DNA of 49,356 nucleotides from Nemertoderma westbladi (taxonomy: Eukaryota > Animalia > Xenacoelomorpha). Both the position numbers and the translations under genes were made by a program. The stretch is taken from the NCBI GenBank assembly GCA_032718475.1, contig JAUCBJ010008927.1:1-49356 (forward strand). Reading direction: 5' to 3'. Below are positions 1 through 10,599 of this stretch, one piece after another; the first letter of the stretch is position 1, and every line of letters begins with the position of its first letter. The notes under the pieces are model-generated. The model was not told where the DNA came from. It searched no databases and worked only from the letters and a program-made list of their open reading frames with translations.

Positions 1-1021
1 GCACAATGCGTGTCAATTTCAACACCGCTGGGCACTGGTTGATGGCAGAGTGAGATTAAAAAACCGGATTTCATCCTCGGTTACGGTTAGTCCAGTTTGC
101 CCGTAGCGGCAGCGATACCGAAAGTCGAGGTCAACAGACAGAGGCGGCCTTGGTGGTGAGTTGTTTGATTTCAATTCCAACACTTTTCTGGGCAGCTGGG
201 TAGACTCTGGTAGTGGGTACCTGAACTTAGAATGCCGGTCAGCTGGTTAGTCCGCATAACTTCCATTGTTGCAGTTGCCGAGTCGATGGATGGTTGGGGT
301 TGGTAGGGGTAAGCCTATTGCTATTGTTGTATTGGCAGATTGGTATGTCTGTATGTACATCTACATCTGATTATACCAGTTGCCGGCGCCGTCGGTCGTA
401 CCAATACATGGTCTTTAATTAACATATTTAACCGTTAACAAGAGCAGAAACCGTAAACGAAGAAATTCATTTTCTTTTGTCGCTTTTACCGCATAGAAAT
501 GCGGTATAGGCTAGTGCTGTTGTAGTTCAGTACCGTACCGGTAGTTCTGTAGTTGGCAGTTCAGCGGTTATACTTCTACAGTCTGACAGTAGTCAGGTAG
601 TAGGGCGGTACGGCGGCCAGCGCCAATGGATCCTCTAATCTAATTCAGGACTGCAGTCCGCACTGCATGGCGAATTAGGGCCTACAGAATTAGGCCTGTC
701 CTGTAGTACAAGTATACGTGATCTATAATGACTGAACCGGTACCGCGGTACCAGTCAGCCAGTCCCGTAAAACACCGAATACAGTATGTCTGTATGGTAT
801 TGCAGTATTGCTGTATTGTCTGATTACAGGATTCCTGATTCATGGACTGACATTGAGTATAGTACCGGTACAGGCAGACAGGCCACAATGGCATTACTGT
901 AATTTCGTAATTTGCTAGAAACCCAGCTGATTTAGTCTCCTAGCAACCTGCTAATGTCAAGCATTATAATTTTGAATAAATAAATTTATTATAACTGTAA
1001 GACAGTTACACTGGTGCTGCA

Positions 1022-1383
1022 CGAAGGCCCCACGCAAATTCAACTTGGAAAATTTCTAAACTTTTGACAGACTATTTGTGTACCAAGTTTGGTTACATTT
1101 CATCGAGGATTGATAGAGTTATTAACGTTCAAAATTGAACATTGCAATAAAAGCGACAGAACGACTTAATTAACTAATTAACTGCTATTATCTTAGCTTC
1201 TCGAAGGCCACACGGAAATTCAACTTGGAAAATTTCTAAACTTTTGCCAAACAACATGTGTACCAAGTTTGGATAGATTTCATCAAAGATTGGCCGAGTT
1301 ATTAACGTTTAAAATTGAACAAGAACGACAGGTTGATTAATGGTACCACTACGCTAAGGCTCACTCACTCCGTGGCTCGCCCC
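1022..1383. repeat. Two diverged ~180-bp tandem units plus terminal motif; probable non-autonomous Helitron/HINE-like element
   Basis: CGAAGGCC...AAATTCAACTTGGAAAATTTCTAAACTTTTG...TGTGTACCAAGTTTGG recurs at 1022 and 1202 (period 180). The element ends in CGCTAAGGCTC, also seen at ~9726 after a (GACA)n tract. Family assignment is inference. Confidence 0.5.
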
Positions 1384-1390
1384 ACAGTAA

Positions 1391-2881
1391 GGTTTATCAA
1401 CAAGGAAGTTTTTGACTCATTTAAACCTACAGGCACTCATCCAGGCATTTTATATGGATCACCTAAGATCCACAAGAATGGCTGTCCTACACGCCCTATT
1501 CTCTCCGCTATTGGCACTATTGAATATCCTCTAGCTCGATATTTGGTTCCTAGGTTACAACCGTACACTACCAATGAATAACTGTTAGGGATACCTTCTC
1601 ATTTGTAAAGGAGATTAATGATGTTATAACTGGATCCAATTCGTATATGGCCAGTTTTGATGTCAAAAATCTGTTTACGAATATACCGGTAGATGAAACC
1701 ATTGTTATATTGCTTAATCAATTATTTGAGGGGACAGATACAGTAGATGGACTAAGTAGAAGCCAGTACAAATAACTACTAGATTTTGCATCCAAGAACA
1801 CTGAGTTTATTTTCAACCAACATAAGTACTTGCAAATTAATGGCGTTTCGATGGGTAGCCCCATTGGGCCAACGTTTGCTAATGCATTTTTAAGCTTTTA
1901 CGAAAAAAAATGGCTGTCCAATTGTCCACCTGATTTGAAACCAATGTTTTATAGGCGATATGTGGATGATTGCTTTATTTTATTCCGAGATAGACAACAT
2001 GCTAAAGAATTTTTAAACTATCTAAATTCCCAACACCGCAACATTGAATTCACTGTAGAATTTGAATCCAACAATTCCCTATCATTCCTTGATGTTCTAA
2101 TTACTAGAAGCCGTGATTCTCTGAACACAACCATATACCGAAAACCAACCTTTACTGGTCTATACACACACTATGATAGCTTTATTTCAGACAAATTTAA
2201 AGTTGCCCTCATTTCTACGTTAATTTTTCGAATTTTTCACATTTGTACCAACTGGCGCCAATTTCAAACTCAAACAAATAAACTACATGTCATTCTGTCC
2301 CTTAACGGGTTTCCCAGTGAACTTATCTGGTCTGTCATTCACAGGGTCACCTCAAGACTAGGGGGGCCAGCCCGTCCCAAAATACCTTCGGTTGCCAAAA
2401 AACCAATCTACTTAGTCCTACCTTACTTAGGCTACATGTCATCACAAATCAACCACAAACTTAAACTGATTTCTCATGCCTACCCGCAAATAGACTTCAA
2501 GATAATTTTCAAACCCCACATCAGACTAGGCACCCACTTCCCGTTCAAGGACAGATTTCCAGCCGCGATGAGACCCGTTGTCTTGTACAAATTCAAGTGT
2601 GCCAGCTGTAATGCTGTCTACATCGGTAAAACCGAGCGACATTTTAAGACACGAGTCTGTGACCACCTGGGAGTCTCACCAAGAACGGGAAAGCCTGTGG
2701 CCAACCCACAACACTCTGCAATACGGGATCACGCTATAGAGTATGACCACAAATATAATTACAATGATTTTAAAATAATAGCAAGGCACAAAGTAATTAC
2801 GACCTTCTAATTAAAGAAAGCATCACAATTGGCAGACAAAAACCCTCACTAAACATCCAAGGCACGTTATTTCTATTTTAA
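1391..2881 (+). pseudogene. Disrupted PLE reverse transcriptase/GIY-YIG ORF
   Basis: Frameshift at ~1580 (..YTTNE / TVRDTFSF..), in-frame TAA at 1773-1775, and a second frameshift at ~2790 after which NYDLLIKESITIGRQKPSLNIQGTLFLF* ends at ~2881. Confidence 0.88.
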
Positions 2882-3010
2882 AGGTGACCCCCCCCCCCCC
2901 CCCCCCTTACTACATTACTATTACTGTTTACTACATTAAATAATTAATTATTACTTTTTTTACAGTATGTTTATTTCGTAAAGTACTTTATATATTGCTA
3001 GTTTACACTG

Positions 3011-3060
3011 TTTATTTGGCTGATGATGATGAATGTATTTCGTCGAAAAGTTCCGTTTGA
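3011..3060 (+). ncRNA. Minimal hammerhead-ribozyme-like core in the PLE 3' (pLTR) region, probably degenerate
   Basis: CTGATGA (3020-3026), stem II GATGAA/TTCGTC (3028-3033/3039-3044), GAAA (3045-3048), then AGTTC. Minimal hammerheads are known in PLE pLTRs. Stems I and III pair poorly here. Confidence 0.6.
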
Positions 3061-3926
3061 ATTAATTGAAATATAATGTTGTTTAGAATCGCAATACTTA
3101 TTCTATTCTGTTTTAAACTACGATATCCACCTGGGACAACAATCACCTCTATATACAGAGTTATTGATCTTATTCTTATTGAGAAAGAGCTCTAAATATT
3201 ATAGTAGGTTTCAAAATGTCATTCCTAGACTTTAAGGAATTTTGGAGAAAAAGGTACATGATGAAATCTGAATGTAAAATTGTAAGTGACAGAAAATGAC
3301 ATTTAATTTATACATTATAACTTTTCATCACCGTTTAATAACATTTCATGCAATGTTTTCTGTGTATGGCCACTAGTTGCACAAATGTCACCAAACCTAT
3401 CGAACACAAATTATGGCTGTTGTCTTTGTTGATTTCTTTACTTATATTAGCTGGTATTAAATGTATCTTGTTATATTTGTTTTTGTATTTATAGTGAATT
3501 TATAGTTAACTACTGTATGTTATCCGTTTCGTTTGTGAGGTATATTTTTTACAAATTTGACAATAAAACTGCTATCCCAAAATCTTATGTATTTATTTTA
3601 AACAGTATGCACTTTCATACTTATTATTTTAACAACTTTATCTTATCATAATAACTATATAGCACAGATACATAACACACGTAGATACTCCAAAACTGTA
3701 CTTCAGTAATGCACAGTACAGTAGTATAGTACCAATGTTACAGTGGTGTACCGTCCATGGATCACGTTAAACACTACTGGAGTCTATTATTATATTCAAG
3801 GATTGCTAAAGTAGTTCTTGGTTATGTAGTCTTTGATTCTTTATTTACTTATGGTAAGTGATGTTTTATGGCATATAAAAAAATTCATGGGTGCCGCCTT
3901 CCCACTTGGACCATGTATAAGGGCTG

Positions 3927-4642
3927 CTATTTTTCTAAATGTTGCTCATCCGGCGCGGTCACCCTTATGGTCGGTATGTTTAGTCTCATGGAACCCCTCA
4001 TTGCGAGATCATACTCCCCAAGTTGTCTCCGCCTTGGTTTCCGTAGTGATTCCATGTGAAACAAACCGAATCCGGTACCATGGATCACCTCGTTATTCGA
4101 GTAAACATCTTCTGGTTCTTCAATCTGTAGTATTTGTCGACGCCAACTGCCTCCGGCTAAAGTATTAACCAAGAAAGAGAAGTAGGATAGCCCAATTGTC
4201 AGCAATGCCATCATTAACCACACATATAGTTGACGCTTCCAAACTGGTGGCAAAGATTTGTGATCTTCGAAATTTTCCTTAAATTCCCCAGGTATGTAAT
4301 CGCCGAAACCTATTGTACTGTAGGAGATAAACGCCGTGTAATATGTGATCTCATATGTCCAACCATAATCTTCGGCTATCGACCACAGAATAAGTGCAGG
4401 AATTATAAATAGGAATGTGTAATACCAAAGAATGTGAGCAAATATTAGAATTACAGTTGTGTATTTTGAGTGTAGATTTCTTGGTTTCAATGCATAGACG
4501 ATTTTGTTTATGAGTTTCGCATTGAGTTTGTGTATTCCGCTGAAAGCATTCAGTGCATATATCGTGAGTGGGATTCCAATAACCCCGATTACGACCGTTA
4601 GTTGCCGCCCTACTGCAGAAGAAGGTGTAACCTCTCCATAAC
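3927..4642 (-). CDS. Two-pore-domain K+ channel (K2P/KCNK family), last coding exon
   Basis: Acceptor ...TTGCAG| then (G)YGEVTPSSAVGRQLTVVIGVIGIPLT (end of P1 plus M2), M3, second pore YTAFISYSTIGFGDYIPG, M4 and stop at 3927. Confidence 0.92.
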
Positions 4643-5078
4643 CTGCAAGTTATAAATTAATTCTGATAATCCTCAATAAATACAACTTTTTTCACTATTT
4701 GAGAGTGGAGAGAATGGTAAAGTTGTAAAGCTAAAGTTGTTATATCTTTAGAAAGTGTTATAGATTGTTCCTCAAATTAATTGAATACCTTTTCCACTTC
4801 GATACCAATGTCAATACATATATCAAAATTTGAGAAATTCATAACCAAAAATATTTCCGCATTTCCTTATTTTACTTATTTCATCTGCCAAAAAAGTAAA
4901 TACAATGCAATCCCAGGTGTTACGGAAAGGAAATGTGTTTCTTTAAGTTTTTCTCCCGATTTATTCTTATATTAAGGATAAAAAGTAACAATTTAAGAAA
5001 AATATATGTAGATATTCCAACCTGTAAACCATGGTATATTATTATATTGTTTATTCATATGGTGGATGATGGACTTAC

Positions 5079-5201
5079 CTATAGTTGTAATTATTTCAAA
5101 TATATACCAGAAGCATACTGTAATGCTATCTCCCAAATTGTATATGGTTTCTCTATAACCTTCGTTGTTTATCAGTACCCTTCTGATTTCAATAGCTGCA
5201 G
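5079..5201 (-). CDS. K2P channel, middle coding exon (end of cap domain and pore helix 1)
   Basis: TTTTTCAG| acceptor and |GTAAGT donor. Encodes AAIEIRRVLINNEGYRETIYNLGDSITVCFWYIFEIITTIG, which joins in phase 1 to give the TTIGYG filter. Confidence 0.9.
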
Positions 5202-5399
5202 CTGAAAAACAAATACATAAGATGTTTGTTTGTAATAAATTAAAAACGTCCTATTAACTGAAGTTAAAGTATTACTGTAACAATTTTACTAATGGCACTG
5301 TTACAACTTGAAGCAGCCACCATTAGATCATAGATATAACAGAAGTCATAGATACTGACAAATTGATCATGATCCCATCAATAACCTCTGAAGGTACCA

Positions 5400-7264
5400 C
5401 TCAATCACATTATTGACCGTGATAGCATCAGTAATACGCATAATTCCCATACCACATTTGAAACCTTCCACATTTTATCACAACTTGAAAGGACTGCCAT
5501 TGCCCATGGAATGAAGGCAGGAACAGTTCAATTAAATTTGTGAATACATCAAAGGAGTACAAATGAACAAGTTTATTATACACGAGCATGGAGACAAGTT
5601 ATTCGTCTGTCTCCAATCCCTATGGAGCATATTATATCTGACTGACATCGACAACGATGTATACATGGAGATGTCTCTGGACATATTCACATTCCTCACA
5701 TTTGTGCTGAATGACACATCTTCCGACAATGTAAGGGAGACACAGATGGTTTTCAGATGGACTGGCCTCCACGCTTGCATACCATCTGCACTATGCCTCA
5801 AGTCCTTCTACCTCAACCTAAATAAGTTCAAACTATAAGTCTAGTGATTACTTCAGTGGTAACATTTTTCTCAGTTTAGTATACACCTTCTGGATGATGC
5901 ACCAAATTTAAGTAGTCGATAGAACCATTCCTACTTCATAAAACAAATCTGGCTTAAAAAATTTGTCCACTTGAAAATATGAGCATGGCAGTGCCAACTC
6001 TTAGCCTTTTGTATCACCAAAGAGCATCATCTGATGTAACTGATGCAATAGGCAATTATGTCCAATTCAGCTTATATACTTGTATGTTAGTGTAACTCAG
6101 TTAGTGTAACTCAAAGACATCCAGACTTAGATACCTAACATGTAGCAACCCCGATATTATTAATTTCTATAATGTAGGTAGATGAGACCATGAAAGTGGC
6201 TATACACATACTGCACAATATAGGCTCAATGCTGAAAAAGTACCAACGAACGATACTAAAATCAAGACTGCTGTATTATCAACCAATGGATCTCCTGCTC
6301 CTGCCAAACCCTCTGAGGGCAAAACGCGTGATGTAAGATTATTCAGGTCAGTTCTTAAGGGATCTGTCATCCACATGAGCTAAACAAGTAACTATGCACA
6401 TACAACATGATTACAATTAAAATGATATCACGGATGATGACTAAAAAGGTCCATCCATAAGCAAAATACGTATAGCAGTATCCTGGACCAGACAGGCTGA
6501 GTGCAAGCTACCTGCCTCGCTGATTATGCAGTTAAATGGACTTAAATTTAGTTTGAAGAGCTGGAAGTAGTCGAATACCCTTTCAACAAGTAATGTAGAC
6601 CATTAGACCTATTTTTTTTATCAGCTCTTTGCCCATATTATATCTTGGAGCCATTCTTTTCGAAATTCATCAAGATTAGAATGATACCTAATCATGACGA
6701 AAGTAGGACATTAATATATTGCATCACTGAAGTATCCCAATCTATCACAACTATTTTCATTGTGTCTTAAAGCCCGTATTGTATTCCCATCACCCCACCA
6801 TATCAACTTACACAGACTCACATACTTCATGGGCACTACTGGTGCATGCAACTGTTAAAAGAAGGTGAAAAAGTAAACCTGCTGACATACATTATCATAG
6901 AAGATGCAGTACGCACACAACCTAACCTCTCTGGCTACCTATACATGATGCATTAACAGCATATTACACCACCCTAACTGCAGAATGCCCCAGAGAGCTA
7001 TACACTGCGCAAAGTATCGAATTGGAAAACAACATCCAAAACTTCGACAAGGAAATCACAAAAGCGTTAACAGCCACCACCACCATCAATGGAGCAGACC
7101 ATCTTGCAGTGTTGGCAGTGGTCATGAACACTATGCAAGTGAATGCTCGGCTCTGGTGGATCAGGGTGTCAGACTTACGAGACAAATACCATTATTCAAA
7201 CAGTATCGAAGAAGCATTGAGACAAGACCCATATAAGCTAGTCAAGGACCTGGGTTACAGATAA
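5400..7264 (+). pseudogene. Decayed coding-like relic of unknown origin inside K2P intron 1
   Basis: Several plus-strand ORF fragments with protein-like composition (5563-5838; YTHTAQYRLNAEKVPTNDTKIK at ~6200; WLPIHDALTAYY...DPYKLVKDLGYR* ending 7264). No family recognised. Confidence 0.3.
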
Positions 7265-8135
7265 CGTTAGGTTTGATCGACCTGGTAGTTTGTATATATA
7301 TCAACAGCTATGTCCTCTACTATTTATAATTGCTTATAATATCCTGCAATAGATTTAGCTGTAGTCACTTGACTATTTTATTTCATTGATCTGGTTTCTT
7401 GAGGCTAGTGTTTGACTCATTTTATATGTGGTTTGATTATTGCCATAAAACTTTTATTTAATACAGCCACACACTCACACACTTTTATAACAACTCCCAC
7501 CAACCACCATAGCACCAACACTAACCAGTAAATCACTATCACCTACACACACCCACCACTGTTACTAAACATCATTCTCACATACCAGTAAAATGGGTTC
7601 AGAATAATGAACCTTCGAACAAAACACTGAATTGTGCAATTTTACATAATTTGCAATACACCATCTTATAATATAGAATCGATCCTACTTATCTCACCTT
7701 CGCTTTCAATAAAAATTTGGCAGAATTAATAATAAAATTCAATAGTAATTACTGGATCAACTTGAAGATCCTTTATTGGATAACAACACATTGTGGATGT
7801 GTTCTACTGATAGATTAATGACAATACTCGGCCGAAAGAATCCAAAAATCCAAAAATAACCTAATTTGTTATAACCATCAGATTTTGACCCCCTTCTGGA
7901 GTTAATTTGCTATATAATATAATAGTACCAGTTAAGAGAAAGGAACATATTAGAAGTGGGCCTTTCTAAACAAAACAATAAATAATGATACAGAGATGAT
8001 GTGATGATATAATTTGCATAAGTAAGCCATCCGGATCTAAGTTTGCCTAGGATGTACTTGTACAGCAGCAAACTTAGCCCACGAAAAAGCTTCGCCCGGA
8101 GCAATCTTCGCCCTCATAATGAGCAACTATCACCC

Positions 8136-8404
8136 GGCGGAAACCTTCGCCCACAGGCAATCTTCGCCCGTGAGCAACCTTCTCCCACTAACAATTATTG
8201 TTTTGGTTAGAAAAAGCCATATCTGTAAACTGCTTCTTTCCCTCAATTGGTAACAGCATCGCTTATTGTTTTGGTAGAAAAAGCCGTCTCTGTAACCTGC
8301 ACATTTCCCTCAATTGGTAACTAAAATGGTTACTAACACAAATCTTATTGGTCGAAGTTTGCTCGCGGGCGAACATTGCCTTGCGGGCGAAGGTATCATA
8401 CGCC
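8136..8404. mobile_element. MITE-like element with ~55-bp imperfect TIRs and an internal duplication
   Basis: GGCGGAAACCTTCGCCCACAGGCAATCTTCGCCCGTGAGCAA.. is the imperfect reverse complement of ..TTGCTCGCGGGCGAACATTGCCTTGCGGGCGAAGGTATCATACGCC. An internal ~68-bp duplicate TTATTGTTTTGG..CCCTCAATTGGTAAC is present. Confidence 0.7.
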
Positions 8405-8657
8405 TTAGCCATTATACCAGATAGCGATCAGTATACGATCTAAGGCTAGGGAATCCCTTATTATGGTGCACGTAACTTATATGTATATAATATATACTAA
8501 TTACTGTAATATGTTTGTTAAAATAAATCCACCATTAACCAAATTCATAGCAATTGCATTATATTTGCCGAATTTTTTTTTGTGTACTATTGGCTTGTGG
8601 GTACATTTGTTAATTTAGTAGCAGCATACCGAATATATATAATTTATATATACCTAC

Positions 8658-9075
8658 ATCGAAGTTCCGTTGCACTTAGGTTGTCACACACCCCATCTTC
8701 AAACAGGAATGTCAGTAACTCTGTCACTTTTATTATCGAGTCATTTATGGTATCCTTCGCTGGTTTGCCATATTTGTGTTCAACAGTGTACATTATACAC
8801 CCGCATACAATTATATAGAATGGAATCATGGCGAATGTTAAGACCTTTAAAAGTATTACTGTGAGTTTTCTTTGAAACTTATACTTAGTTGCTCCTCTGG
8901 GTTTTGGTTTCTGTTCTTGAGTTGTATTTAGCAGCTCCTCTGGGTGTACAACATTGTTAGGTGTATTGCGAATCCTCAGAGAATGCTCATGTTGCAATGA
9001 GTTTACTGATAGACTGTGTAGATGCTGAGTCCGTTTCACTGGTTGAGGGCTTTGATACTGTTTCTCGCAGTCCAT
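8658..9075 (-). CDS. K2P channel, first coding exon (N-terminus, M1, cap helix with Cys)
   Basis: ATG in CACAATGG context with an upstream in-frame stop. M1-like FYIIVCGCIMYTVE and cap-like DGVCDNLSATELR. Donor T|GTAGGT at 8657 is phase 1 and matches the next exon (..ELR-S-AAIE). Joined CDS is 418+123+716 = 1257 nt (418 aa). Confidence 0.8.
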
Positions 9076-9399
9076 TGTGGATAACTATTTGTAATCGTCA
9101 TTTTGGATTTAACCACCCTGTTTCTACTTCGCATTGCACCTCAAAATATATATGGATTGTCTTGACTAATTGACAATTAAATGACATACAGTTACATATT
9201 ACTTCCATCTATGCTGTAGGTGGATTGGAATATAAAATATTACGTAAAAATTATGTTATCATTTCACTTCAGAATAATTATAATTTAGTAATAGTTTTGA
9301 TAGCAGTGATCACTGATGTTGAAAAAAGATTACTTTATTACGATAACAATAAATTTCATCATTTATTATAAAAACATCAAATAAATCATGTTAATCAAT

Positions 9400-9762
9400 A
9401 TTCGAACCTATCCCTGAAAACATGAAAAACTTCTCGGAAATACATTCGTATGTTTTGTTTTGAGTTTTGAAATTCTAGTTATCCTAACTAAATCATCGAT
9501 TTTACCATAATGTAAATATACACGTCGCGGGCGTGGGCGCGGAGAGGTCTTTCCCGTAACTTTCAAAAATATTGGAACTTTTTCTCTAGTATGCCCATAC
9601 AAAATTCGGTTGAAAATAGATGGTTAAAATCTTCAAAAGTTATTTACGAATCAATTTTTCATTACAGACAGACAGACAAACAGACGGACATGAAATTGTT
9701 CCCTAATAACTAATTATAATTGTGCGCTAAGGCTCGCCTTTACTGCATGACTCGCTGCGCTG
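9400..9762. repeat. Interspersed repeat fragment with (GACA)n microsatellite, HINE/DINE-like
   Basis: ACAGACAGACAGACAAACAGACGGAC at ~9664 followed by GCGCTAAGGCTCGCC, which resembles the end of the 1022-1383 element. Left boundary is uncertain. Confidence 0.35.
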
Positions 9763-10599
9763 TAAAATAATTTCAATTGTTCAGCATTCAATATGTCGTA
9801 TTAATAATTTCAGTATAATAATCTAAAAGCTAGTATGCCTACCGTGCTAATCTTGTCCTAATCTGTAAATATTAATTTATAAATTAGCTGATAGTTGATT
9901 AAAAATTACCTATCTAACAATTGATGTGGAGGCAGGATGGGTATTGATTACAGGCCTACAATGCGAGTGGAACACATGGCTTGTATGTATATATTGTGTA
10001 ATATGGACGGACACATGGTTTATGCATAATATTATCGGTTCGCTTTGTTTGGTTAATTCTTTCATTCTTTCATGTAATTATATGAGATCCTTTGAATGGA
10101 AGCGCTAAATATCCATTCCATAATGAATGGGCCGGCCTGTTAAATGGAATATTGCACGGATTTAACTTTGGTAGAAATTGGCATGTTTTCAAATTTCGTA
10201 ATCCTCCTATTTTCTGGGTTTCTATGCTATTATTTACTTTCCTGTGACATATTGCCACCACCACGCATTCAATATTGCCCATTCAAAAACTAATTTCGGC
10301 TTCCTTGTGAACTAACCTGTTTTACTAGTTAAAGGAATCGGCAGAGCCCTAATTAATTTCATTAATATATTAATTAACAGTTTTATTATATTATATATAT
10401 TTTAAACTCTTCCAAATATTTGGAAACACAGCATAAACTATCAAATGGGGTATCAGTAAATAATTACGGCTCATAAGTGAAATAATGTAAAAATTAAATA
10501 AAAGTCTAAAAATATAATTATGGATAATACTTATGAAGAGTGAGGTAAAAATCTCTAAAAAGGTTATGGTATGGCAAATGTGTCATGGTTAATATTATT

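Larger units (their letters stand above)
1391..3150 (+). mobile_element. Penelope-like element (PLE), 5'-truncated and decayed
   Basis: RT motifs LYGSPKIHK..RPILSAIG, SFDVKNLFTNIP, QINGVSMGSP, YRRYVDD, FLDV..IYRKPT, followed by a GIY-YIG endonuclease (VLYKFKCASCNAVYIGKTERHFKTRVCDH ... LLIKES..KPSLN). RT plus C-terminal GIY-YIG is diagnostic of PLEs. Ends are approximate. Confidence 0.93.

Noticed and set aside
1-240. GC-richer stretch with a ~65-codon minus-strand open frame
   Set aside because: No recognisable motif and no consistent exon structure within the window.
1315-1390. N-terminus of ORF 1315-1581 as the Penelope start
   Set aside because: It derives from the adjacent 180-bp repeat element; PLE similarity begins at about 1391.
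7697-7810. Possible extra K2P exon in intron 1
   Set aside because: Stops occur in the compatible frames, and exons 1 and 2 already join in frame with a normal cap length.
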